A DNA stretch of 64,000 nt from Schmidtea nova (taxonomy: Eukaryota). Position numbers and translations under genes: made by a program. The DNA lies in assembly GCA_044892505.1 (NCBI GenBank), contig CM097882.1, positions 137,578,001-137,642,000 of the forward strand. The letters are read 5' to 3'. This document shows, piece after piece, positions 39,425 through 50,159 of this stretch (positions are counted from its first letter, which is position 1; each line of letters opens with the position of its first letter). The notes under the pieces were generated by a model. It saw only the letters and a list, made by a program, of their open reading frames with translations, was not told where the DNA came from and searched no databases.

Positions 39425-39928
39425 ATTTGGGTTTGTGGGAAATTCTTTTGGAACGTGATTGAAAAGGTATTTGAATTTGAACGGAAAAAGATGGACAAAA
39501 TTGGCGCATTTGATTATGTAAATCGCGTAACAATGAAAAACGATATTGTTAGGATGTGTAATGGTTCAATGGGAATCGAGTTATCAAATGAAACCGATAT
39601 CGAGACGGATTATGACATAACGAAAAAAGCCACCGCAAGTTTCATTCGTAGATGCTATGGGAATTATTTCAATTCAAATGAATGTCCTTATTATCTTCGT
39701 GACTTAAATAAGACAATCGTGTTAATGTTTTCTCGTGTCTCTGACGATAATCCACCTGAAGATCGCTTCAAAGTATATCTAAATGGAAATTTACGTAGAT
39801 TATTGGCAAAAGAAAATCTGCTGCGATCGCTATTTTCTCACCTTAAATTTATATCGTTCTCTATATACAGTTCTGGCATTAAGTGGTTCGTTCTCATCTT
39901 GGTGAAGATGCATTATTTGCAAAAATGA
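39425..39928 (+). CDS. possible C-terminal part of the R2-like protein plus an unknown extension
   Basis: VIEKVFEFERKKMDKIGAFDYVNRVTMKNDIVRMCN weakly resembles the R2 C-terminal helices (I..AV.IE..F.......MN..LMKQYIEFVAD). Confidence 0.4.
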   Translation: MWVCGKFFWNVIEKVFEFERKKMDKIGAFDYVNRVTMKNDIVRMCNGSMGIELSNETDIETDYDITKKATASFIRRCYGNYFNSNECPYYLRDLNKTIVLMFSRVSDDNPPEDRFKVYLNGNLRRLLAKENLLRSLFSHLKFISFSIYSSGIKWFVLILVKMHYLQK

Positions 39929-40124
39929 ACATTGTTTGGATCGATTCATGTGTCACTGCTTCTTCGCATTTGATGATTGACAATTAATTCAATGGATTTT
40001 CAATGACAATTTCTAGAAAGTTAATTAATGATAATATGACAAATATGGTTGGGTTTTTCGTCGGAAGTAGTCCGCTTATTATATTCTATTCGTTGGGTTT
40101 TGTTGATTTCTTCTTTCAAGCCTT

Positions 40125-40308
40125 GATCAACTGGCCTGGATCAAACAGTCAGACAGAAAATAAGGAAAAACTAATATCAATAAGAATATTACCAAGCGAA
40201 AACGACGAAAAATCTCAGACTTAAAGAAGCTATTCTCATTAGAGACAAACACCCAAATTTAACTATTAAGAGGAAGTAAGCGAAATCGCTTACTTACTTT
40301 CTTGGTAA
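40125..40308 (+). pseudogene. PLE family-C GIY-YIG C-terminal end
   Basis: ISIRIL..END/NLRLKEAILIRDKHPNLNY*EE. Confidence 0.75.
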
Positions 40309-40789
40309 AAAACATGTGGTTCTACAAAGAAAGTGAAAAAGGAAAAAAGGGGAAGAAAAGAGATATTACATAAAATATATGGGTATTTCAAAGAGATATA
40401 ATTTAATTTTAAAAAATTCAAATATAAATGGTTGGAAAGTTGAAATGTTAAATACAGACAATAAAAGAAAAAATTTTAAATTATAGAGTTTTTATTTTAT
40501 ATTTTAAACTTTTTAACAAAAAACCTTTTAAAAAAACAATTTATAATAGAAAATTCGTATTAATCAGATTAACCATACAATGAAAAAGAAGATAATTCAC
40601 GAGAAAGAAACAGCAGGAATAAATGAAGATACCAGTTATATGCCGAATTAGGAATTGACAAAGATTATTTTATAATCGAAGTTTTTCTCACTTAAAAAAA
40701 TTGTTTTTGCAACAAATACTTGTTTTGTTACTTGTTTTGTTACTTTGTCTAAACATTATTCAAATTATAGCTATATATATTTATATATA

Positions 40790-41461
40790 TGTTAATGTTG
40801 TTTATTTTTTATTGTTATTGTCATTATTATTATTGTGATTCGTGTTGTAGCGGTTATTAATAAGGGCGTCCTTGCGGACACAGGAGAACCCCCCCTGTTC
40901 GTAGTGCATGACTAATTATCAAAATTATAAGAAAAAGTCAAAAACAAAAATAATAATTTTAATTAAACAAAAAATCAATTAACTATATAAATAGTGAATT
41001 GATCTAAATAAATTGAGAAAAATGGAATGGACTAAAAAATTATAAAGATTTAACTAGGACAAAAAAGATAAACCCGAAAAAGAATCAAATTAAAAGAAAC
41101 TAAGAATTTATCCAAAGAAATTTAATGACTATTTATGATTTATGATTTAACCAATACATGACTAATTATCCACTGTGAGTACCGGTTATTCTTTATTTGT
41201 TTAGTAAATACAAGTAGTAGTTATAAATATTGTATTGTTTTATTATAATCTTTTATTGATTTGTCGTAATAAACATACACAAGCACACATGAACAAAATA
41301 CATAACATTGATCCCAGCTGTCCCAAGACAGTTATTTTTATCGGAGACTCTGCTGGGCTCAACATATATCTCTTATTACATATACATACTTAATAACAAT
41401 AAAATCGTATAATTTTCACACACGTAATAACAAAATATAATCAACAATAAAAAATTACGTT

Positions 41462-41464
<3 letters not shown>
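40790..41464 (+). mobile_element. solo LTR in a TA-rich site
   Basis: TGTTAATG...CGTTACA ends; shares a GC-rich 5' motif and a 3' stem with the adjacent Gypsy LTR. Confidence 0.7.
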
Positions 41465-41521
<57 letters not shown>

Positions 41522-42501
41522 GAATGTTATATTTTTGTGTTATTTTATGATGATGGTTATTGTCATTTTGGTATGAGTTTGTAAGCGCCGTCATTACTAG
41601 GGACGGTGCTCTTGCGGTCACCAGGAACCCCCCCCCCCCTTTTTATTTTTATTTATTGTAAACTAATTAAATAATTAAATAATTAATTCCGAATTCAAAA
41701 AAATAATTAATTCTGAATTCAAATAGCTTACTATAGGAAACTATAGTAAGCTGAATTCAGAAATAATAAAAAAAATTGATTTAAAGTTTTTTAAAAGCAA
41801 ATATAAATTTTATGAATGTTACATTATTATGAATTTTATGAATGATAAGGAAACTATTACATTGAAAAGAAGAACAATCAGAAAATAATAAGTGAGAAAT
41901 CTCAGCTATACTTAAACGAAGATTATTTTCAACTTCCCAAATTTCCGAAATTGATTTCCGCAATTTATCAACTTAATAAGTGAGAAATCTCAGATATACT
42001 TAAACGAAGATTATTTTCAACTTCACAAATTTCCGTAATTGATTTCCGCAAATTATCAACTTAATAAGTGAGAATTCTCAGCTATCTTTAAACGAAGATT
42101 CTTTTCAGTTTCTTAAATTGAATTTTCAATTCCTAAATTGAATCATAAGCGATTATACGAAACCATTAAAAGAGGCTACAAAGAACTTTACAAGATAAAC
42201 GATCAAAAGACATTAGTCAATTAAACATATTTTCCCTGTGCAAACCAAGTAATCTTTCGTGGTTGTTCTGTTGTTTTGTTATTTATAAATTTTAGTATTA
42301 ATAAATTTTAGTAAATTTTAAAGTATCCACCTTTTTTATTTAATTGTTAAACTATTCTCAGTAACCGCACGACACAGCACACACCCCGAGTGTCGACACA
42401 TTGTTAACGTCTGACTCTCTCGGGATCTACAATTTTTCTCCACCTTCACACACAACAAATTAAAAAACTCAAACAACAACCGCACTAAGACCTATAATAA
42501 C

Positions 42502-42513
42502 TGGTGTCAGAAG
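42502..42513 (+). promoter_or_regulatory. primer-binding site (tRNA-Leu type)
   Basis: TGGTGTCAGAAG directly after the 5' LTR. Confidence 0.85.
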
Positions 42514-42690
42514 CAAACACACACACACACACTCGCCGTTTTTTTTCAAGCGTTAACGCCTTTAGCATACCTATTATAGAGGTATAAGGATTAACGTCTC
42601 TTTTAGCCGAACACAGTAGGCTATATCCTCTTGTCAAGCTCATTTTTTCACATAAAAAACAACATAACAAACAACAACAATACAAATCAA

Positions 42691-44679
42691 ATGGCATCAA
42701 ATCAAACAAACTCAAATACCATACAAACACCCATTGACAACGAAAATACACAACCCCAACACCCAAACAACAATTATTATTACAACGACGAAAACACCCA
42801 AATACAAAGGGAAAGTAGCCACTATTATTTTAACCCAGAAAACACTCACACAATTAATCCAATGATTAACCCAATCCCAAATTTTTTTATCAACGAAGAA
42901 GGTTCGGTGCAAACATGGTTGAAACTAGCCAAATTGACATTAACCTTGAGCGGGATAACCTCATCAAGACTAATATGCTCACAAATATTCACAGCACTCC
43001 CAAGCAATATACACAAATCAATTGCGGATCAAATAGACAAAATTTTCAATTGCAATAACCCATTTGAAAAACTGTGCAGCATATTAGCAAATAAGGACGA
43101 AACAAACAAAAAAGAAATACAGGAACCTTTCACAAACAACAGGCAAAAGGATAATACCCAAAATAATCTTTCAAGTCCACTAAAACAGAATTTTGAGTAC
43201 GACCAAACAAAATTAGCAAACATTGATGTAAATGAACGGAGATCATGCCAAACATTAGCAACTAAAAACAATGAAACCGAAAATAAAAGGTGGACAGACA
43301 TGGTCGATAAAATAAATACAGGAGATTACCCCAGTATTAATAGTACTCATGACTACAAAAACAAAATACTGAACCATGAACAAGACGAGAATGATGACGA
43401 AAAAACAGAATTTAACGAAACAAATAAAATCCTAAATAACTTGATAAGTCAACTTGACAAAATTGCAACTGAAAATAAAAGGTTCAAATCAGAACTAAAA
43501 GAAATTAAAGAAAAAAATCTAAAACAAAACTACTGTCCAAATCAAATATCGTACAGGCTCAATAGGCCAAAAACAAACTCAGGAAACCAACACCAAAACT
43601 TTTACAACAATAAAAATAAAGGATCTGGAAATAGACAAAAATTCTGGAAACCAGAAATTAGATTACCAAACCAAGAATGGTGTTACTTCCATTGCAAATT
43701 TGGAGAAAAAGCATTCAGATGCACAAAACCATGTAGATACAACGAAAAAAACACAGAAAAATTGAAAAGTTTACCAGTAGTTGCCCCTACATTTGGCGAA
43801 ACAAATACAGATAAACTGAAAACATTACCAGTAGTAGCACCTACATTCGACAATAAACACACAACTTTTTCAATATGTTCCAATAAAATAGAATTCCTAG
43901 TGGACACAGGTTCAGTGATATCGCTACTACCACATATTTTATACAAAAATACAAAAAATCAGAACAAACTACTTACCGCAGCCAATGGATCTAACATAAA
44001 TACGTTTGGTGAACAGGATATAAACCTAACAATAAACAAAAAAATTTACAACTGGACATTCACAATAGCTGAGGTCCAACAAGCGATAATAGGAGCAGAC
44101 TTCCTAACAAATTACAACCTCCTAGTGGATTGTAAAAACAAACAAATAATAGAAAATAATACTAGTACTACAACACCACAGCACACCACAAACAATGGAG
44201 GAAAGCCAAAAATAGACATCGGTGTGATCCAAACGGATACACCTAACAATAGACAAAAACAAAAACTGAATCACGACCCAGAAATAAATCAACTACTGGG
44301 AAAATTCGAAAAACTCACCGAACCAGTAACCTTCGACAAAAACGCGGATCATTCCACCGAACATGCAATCATAACAAACGGAAACCCGGTGCATGCAAAG
44401 GTGAGACAACTAGATCCACAAAAAACAAAAATTACGAACGAAATTTTCAAGGAGTTACTAGAAAACAAAATAGTAACTCACTCGAACTCTGATTGGTCCT
44501 CAGCACTCATGCTCAAACAAAAGGCAAACGGGGAATGGAGAGCTTGTGGAGACTACCGAATGCTCAACAAAATCACGGAACCAGACAACTACCCTCTGCC
44601 TATCATCAGAGACATAATAAACAGATTAAAAGGAGCCAAATCAACAAAATATCAAAGAAACCAACAACACAAAAAGTAA
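42691..44679 (+). CDS. Gag-protease-truncated RT polyprotein
   Basis: CYFHCKFGEKAFRCTKPC knuckle; FLVDTGS and IIGADFL protease motifs; SDWSSALM..WRACGDYRMLN..DNYPLPII; RT ends before the catalytic motifs. Confidence 0.9.
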   Translation: MASNQTNSNTIQTPIDNENTQPQHPNNNYYYNDENTQIQRESSHYYFNPENTHTINPMINPIPNFFINEEGSVQTWLKLAKLTLTLSGITSSRLICSQIFTALPSNIHKSIADQIDKIFNCNNPFEKLCSILANKDETNKKEIQEPFTNNRQKDNTQNNLSSPLKQNFEYDQTKLANIDVNERRSCQTLATKNNETENKRWTDMVDKINTGDYPSINSTHDYKNKILNHEQDENDDEKTEFNETNKILNNLISQLDKIATENKRFKSELKEIKEKNLKQNYCPNQISYRLNRPKTNSGNQHQNFYNNKNKGSGNRQKFWKPEIRLPNQEWCYFHCKFGEKAFRCTKPCRYNEKNTEKLKSLPVVAPTFGETNTDKLKTLPVVAPTFDNKHTTFSICSNKIEFLVDTGSVISLLPHILYKNTKNQNKLLTAANGSNINTFGEQDINLTINKKIYNWTFTIAEVQQAIIGADFLTNYNLLVDCKNKQIIENNTSTTTPQHTTNNGGKPKIDIGVIQTDTPNNRQKQKLNHDPEINQLLGKFEKLTEPVTFDKNADHSTEHAIITNGNPVHAKVRQLDPQKTKITNEIFKELLENKIVTHSNSDWSSALMLKQKANGEWRACGDYRMLNKITEPDNYPLPIIRDIINRLKGAKSTKYQRNQQHKK

Positions 44680-44960
44680 ACTTTCCAAGCAGTCAACCTT
44701 TCGAGATGATTCACATCGACATAGTAGGACCGTTACCACCAAACAACGGGTACAACTACCTACTCACAATCATCGACAGGAAGACTAACTGGTTCGAAAT
44801 CATCCCGCTAAAGGAAACATCAGCCCAGAACATATGCAACAAGCTCGAGCTAAATTGGATAGCTCGCTACGGTCAACCAAAAGTATTGATAACAGACCAA
44901 GGGAGACAGTTCGAATCAGAATTATTCAGTACTCTGTGCAACAAATACAACATGCACGAG
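44635..44960 (+). pseudogene. integrase core fragment
   Basis: PFEMIHIDIVGPLP..YLLTIIDRKT..WIARYGQPKVLITDQGRQFES; lacks the catalytic E region. Confidence 0.9.
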
Positions 44961-45208
44961 CAAAACACAAGCACAACACAGCGAAATGTACAGTTTTTAT
45001 TTTTTGTGCAAATATGTAAAAGTTACAGATTTTTATGTTCTATGTAATTATGTAATTTATGTCGTTAAGTTGTAAACAACAAAACAAAACAAAAAACAAA
45101 CAAAAAAACAAAACATAATAAAACAAATGAGAATAAAAAAGTTTTAAGTTATTGGTAGTGGTTAAAATATAAATGTTAATTTTTATTCGTTTGTTAACCT
45201 CCGGTTTT

Positions 45209-45219
45209 AAAGGGGGAAG
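45209..45219 (+). promoter_or_regulatory. polypurine tract
   Basis: AAAGGGGGAAG 3 nt before the 3' LTR TG. Confidence 0.85.
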
Positions 45220-46457
45220 TTATGTGAATGTTATATTTTTGTGTTATTTTATGATGATGGTTATTGTCATTTTGGTATGAGTTTGTAAGCGCCGTCATTA
45301 CTAGGGACGGTGCCCTTGCGGTCACCAGGAACCCCCCCCCTTTTTATTTTTATTTATTGTAAACTAATTAAATAATTAAATAATTAATTCCGAATTCAAA
45401 AAAATAATTAATTCTGAATTCAAATAGCTTACTATAGGAAACTATAGTAAGCTGAATTCAGAAATAATAAAAAAAATTGATTTAAAGTTTTTTAAAAGCA
45501 AATATAAATTTTATGAATGTTACATTATTATGAATTTTATGAATGATAAGGAAACTATTACATTGAAAAGAAGAACAATCAGAAAATAATAAGTGAGAAA
45601 TCTCAGCTATACTTAAACGAAAATTATTTTCAACTTCCCAAATTTCCGAAATTGATTTCCGCAATTTATCAACTTAATAAGTGAGAAATCTCAGATATAC
45701 TTAAACGAAGATTATTTTCAACTTCACAAATTTCCGTAATTGATTTCCGCAAATTATCAACTTAATAAGTGAGAATTCTCAGCTATCTTTAAACGAAGAT
45801 TCTTTTCAGTTTCCTAAATTGAATTTTCAATTCCTAAATTGAATCATAAGCGATTATACGAAACCATTAAAAGAGGCTACAAAGAACTTTACAAGATAAA
45901 CGATCAAAAGACATTAGTCAATTAAACATATTTTCCCTGTGCAAACCAAGTAATCTTTCGTGGTTGTTCTGTTGTTTTGTTATTTATAAATTTTAGTATT
46001 AATAAATTTTAGTAAATTTTAAAGTATCCACCTTTTTTATTTAATTGTTAAACTATTCTCAGTAACCGCACGACACAGCACACACCCCGAGTGTCGACAC
46101 ATTGTTAACGTCTGACTCTCTCGGGATCTACAATTTTTCTCCACCTTCACACACAACAAATTAAAAAACTCAAACAACANNNNNNNNNNNNNNNNNNNNN
46201 NNNNNNNNNNNNNNNNNNNNNNNNNNNNNNNNNNNNNNNNNNNNNNNNNNNNNNNNNNNNNNNNNNNNNNNNNNNNNNNNNNNNNNNNNNNNNNNNNNNN
46301 NNNNNNNNNNNNNNNNNNNNNNNNNAATTATTACGCAATAATAAAGATTTCAATATTTTATTAATATTAATATTTTCAAAATATTTTTATAAAATTTATT
46401 ATTTAGAATAAAATGAGAAAAAACCTTTAGACAATCATTCAAAAAATTTCACTAAAG

Positions 46458-47696
46458 ATGGATGCCAAATATTGTGAATGCCAGAAAGTGTTACTTAATT
46501 TGAAATGGTTTGTGAAACATTTATGCAAAGTGTTTGAGGAAAAGCTACAGCGCCGGATTTGCAAATATAGACTGCCAGCTTCAATAAAAACAGACAGTGA
46601 AACAAATTCCTTGGTAGGCAGTAATAGCAGTATTAACAAAGTGAAATGGAATCGTTCCTTGACAAATTCACCATTATTGAAGAGATTGTCTATGACAAAA
46701 ATCAGTAAAATCCAACTTGGTGGAACTCCCAACCGAAAGGTGGCCAACCTCAATTCGGCAGATCCAAGAACAGCTCGACTGATCTTATTGAGTGCAACAA
46801 CCACTGAAAGTGAGAGAGAAATTTGTGTCAAACAGTTTGGAGAAAGTCTTTGCGTTGTCTATGAATATCAAATTGGAATGCTAGAAAGTCTCACAAGTAT
46901 TAATTTGGTAGCTAGTTTTGTAGCAAGTCTTTTGATAAAGGTAATTAAAAATGGAGTCATTGACTCTTTAAGTTTTGAAAAATTGAATCTGTCGATTCTT
47001 CTCAACGGTGAACTTTATCCACGAAGTTATCTTAACAAAAGCGTCAAGACAATAGCTATTGGTGTTGCCAATAACTACTTAAGTTGGAATCTCAGACAAT
47101 TATTTACACATCCCGGACTCAGGTATAACCATGTTGGAGGAGAAAACTGCTCAAATTTGACAATAGTCACCCAATTACTGTGCGGTAAAACAACGACCGG
47201 TGAATGTCGAAGGCCAGATATCTTTGGGTATAGAAATTTGATATGCCATAGGAAAAACGATCATTTCATTATTGAAGAAAGCGATAGGCTGTCAATTGAA
47301 GAAGGCCACACGACAGATTTAATGATCAAAAGTTCAACGGAAACTTTGCTCGATCATTTACACAAATGTTACAAGTCGATTTTCTTCGTCGTGCTTGACA
47401 GAACTGTGATAATTGACCATCTGTTGACTTGTCAATCATTTAAAACCTTTTGTCTGCGAGAACTCATTACTCCGATTTTATTTGCCAATGTTTCTGATGC
47501 TGATTTAGCGAAAAACGCTGACAAACGTCTATTTCCGAATTTCAATTTGTTCCATATATCTGTCACATCAAAACCGTTAGAAAACAATGTGAAATCGTCT
47601 TCGACGGCGGCGACGGATGATGACGACGTGTCTTCCTTTTGTTCTGAATGTAGAATCTTATCGAAAGTTTATGATAATCATGCTTTTATGTGTTGA
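46458..47696 (+). CDS. uncharacterised 412-aa protein (single-exon gene or terminal exon)
   Basis: long uninterrupted ORF, GC content above flanks, no TE motifs recognised; possible acceptor tttag at 46430 in frame; AATAAA at 47764. Confidence 0.7.
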   Translation: MDAKYCECQKVLLNLKWFVKHLCKVFEEKLQRRICKYRLPASIKTDSETNSLVGSNSSINKVKWNRSLTNSPLLKRLSMTKISKIQLGGTPNRKVANLNSADPRTARLILLSATTTESEREICVKQFGESLCVVYEYQIGMLESLTSINLVASFVASLLIKVIKNGVIDSLSFEKLNLSILLNGELYPRSYLNKSVKTIAIGVANNYLSWNLRQLFTHPGLRYNHVGGENCSNLTIVTQLLCGKTTTGECRRPDIFGYRNLICHRKNDHFIIEESDRLSIEEGHTTDLMIKSSTETLLDHLHKCYKSIFFVVLDRTVIIDHLLTCQSFKTFCLRELITPILFANVSDADLAKNADKRLFPNFNLFHISVTSKPLENNVKSSSTAATDDDDVSSFCSECRILSKVYDNHAFMC

Positions 47697-47975
47697 TATT
47701 AGATTTTAGTATTTGTTTTTTTTTTATAAAAAAAGATAGAATATCCTACATTTTTTGCATTATAATAAAGATCAAGTGAATTTTATTTAATTTCTTTAAT
47801 TATTTATTTATTATTAATTAATTTGCAAATATTTGTTTGAATATTAATTGTGTTTAGTAGGAATATCTTCTTAAATAATGAACTCTTAATATGTATGTTT
47901 GTTTGCCACCATTTCCTTCTATACAAACTAATTTAGGGGCAGGACATTTTTTTATTTCAAAATTATTTTTAATAT

Positions 47976-49099
47976 GGCGACTCTTTAGTGTATGTCGCCC
48001 GAAAATTTTAAATAATTTAAAATAAAAAAATGAATTTTAAATTATAATTTAAAACTAACAACATATATTTATTCAAAAATAAACTAATAAGTATTAACAA
48101 CAGTAACAATCAGATTTATTCACCGATATCGTACTTCGAAGCAACCAACCGCCAAAATATAATCAAAATATCCTCTTCGTCAACATTTTGTCTTGAAAGC
48201 CACAATCGAAAATCCAGAAAATTAATCTTTTGTTCAATACTCATTCCTCGCCTTTTCCTCATGTCCACCTTAATGTTTCCCCACCATCCTTCCATTTTAT
48301 TGGTATGGACATTGGTTAATGGATCTTTGAACCAGAGCTTGTGATTAACGGACAAATGTATATAATTTTGATTTTCCAAATATTCAAGGTTATAGGTTTC
48401 CGTCCAATAAGCGGGCCACCTATCACTGTGCTGTTCGGCCTAACAAATTTGTCAATTAAAGCAATTACTGTTTCTCGGATTCGCTCAAGCACAATTTGTC
48501 CAAACCATTTTTTGGTACCTCATTCGGTTCCTCCAAATAGCCATATTTCAGGATAGCGTCTTCCGCGATAATATTTCCATTTTTTTGAAATCAAAGTTTC
48601 GTCAATTTCTACTATAACGCCATCTCCCCCAATCATTCTTTCATCGTCCGACATTTCAATTAAAGATTCCGAGCACACCTCATACAAGAAATTATTCCAA
48701 TCAGAAATTGTTTGGTTAGCCATGCAAATCATAGACTGTATCCTGTTTGTGGGAATATCTTGCAGCCAAAAATACGTGAGTAATACCAGTTTTTTGAGTG
48801 GCATTCTGCTTTTTTCAAAAAAACTGTCTTTGCGAATAGAAACTTGACTGCATTTCCTAGGACATTAAAAAACAAAACCGTCACTAGTTTGTGCCCTCTT
48901 TATCAAGGACATGTTTCATCCACAGCGACAATTGTAAATAACTCAAAAATATCACTAACTTTCATGTTGGGTATTTTAAAAACAATATATAACAATATTT
49001 AGTTCTATAGTTATTATTTTATTTTCGATTTATTTATCTATTCATTTTTTTATTTTAAATTATTTTAAATTTTCGGGCGACATACACTAGAGCGTCGCC
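47976..49099 (-). mobile_element. Merlin (IS1016/ISXO2-like) DNA transposon with a disrupted transposase
   Basis: ~60-bp TIRs GGCGAC..TAGTGTATGTCGCCCGAAAAT; perfect 8-bp TSD TTTAATAT; IVEIDET..KYYRGR..WLFGG and VNH..FKDP..VHTNKMEGWW. Confidence 0.95.
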
Positions 49100-49654
49100 T
49101 TTAATATTATGGATATGATGTATAAAAAAGTTAAAGCTTCGAGCGTAGCCGGTTAGTGATTCCAATTTAATATAAGATTGAAACGGAATCATTATTACAG
49201 TGGTTCACATTCATAGTGTTGCGAGGTTTGTGAGATAAATAGAGACAATTAAGTATTAACCTGTTTCATTAGGCTATTTTTTGCATAATTTTATTAAATT
49301 TAACTGAATTCATCATTGTGATATGCAGGTAGTCAGTGTGAGCATACGTGTTCGAAGTGGATTTTCATGAACTTTCCGACCCCATGCTGTAAAAGTGACT
49401 TCCAATTTCGGCCGCATACTCTGCGTAGGTAAGAGACGATGGCGGAAAAAGTATCTGCAAGGTTTTAAGGTTAAAGAATATCTTCCTTAATTAACATTTT
49501 TATATTAAATATTTTTCTTGTGTTGTTCTAACTAATTATTCCTTAATTAACAAGAACAAGTTGCAAACAAAGAGATAAGTATTACATGAAAACGATCAAA
49601 AAAGATAAAATTTCGGTGTCAAATAGATTAATAAAATTTGTGTTGATATATACA

Positions 49655-49702
<48 letters not shown>

Positions 49703-49706
<4 letters not shown>

Positions 49707-49930
49707 CTATCATAATTATCTTTTTGTTTCACCTTTGATCTTTTTTATATATTAATATCAATAACTCCCATAATGGTATAGCTATAGATCAAAATTCCTT
49801 TAAATAAGTACGTAATATTTCGGAACAACCCTTGATGAAGTGTGTATTAATATACACTTGATAAAGGCTGTGCCGAAATATTGTGTACATATTTAAAAAA
49901 ACTTTTGATCTATACCTTTCCATTATGTGA
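49703..49930. repeat. family-A pLTR palindrome abutting (TA)n
   Basis: arms centred at ~49849; the right arm has an intact motif TACAC-TTGATAA-A-GGCTGTGCC-GAAA-TATT-GTGTA (49853-49887); the left arm shows the complete pLTR 3' end. Confidence 0.85.
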
Positions 49931-50095
49931 GTTTAGCACAAACCATTTATCCCTAAATTGTATATGTAACGTAATAATGATACAATATTCCCAACAACCC
50001 ATCGACAATTACGTAATAATTTATATATTTCTTAATGGTGTCTTAATATTTCATATGTAAAAAGATTATTACGGAATAATGTTTTAATAATTTAT

Positions 50096-50159
<64 letters not shown>

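Larger units (their letters stand above)
41519..46179 (+). mobile_element. Gypsy/Ty3 LTR retrotransposon, internally deleted, near-identical LTRs
   Basis: LTRs 41519-~42497 and 45223->46179 (runs into a gap); PBS, PPT; gag-PR-partial RT-partial IN order; 5' end abuts (TA)n. Confidence 0.95.

Noticed and set aside
41781-45664. Duplicated 60-aa minus-strand ORFs
   Set aside because: Chance antisense frames within the two LTRs
14-46353. ORFs containing long X runs
   Set aside because: Artefacts of translating N-gaps; the recurring MRIIDNNNKKRS peptide is just the non-coding pLTR repeat
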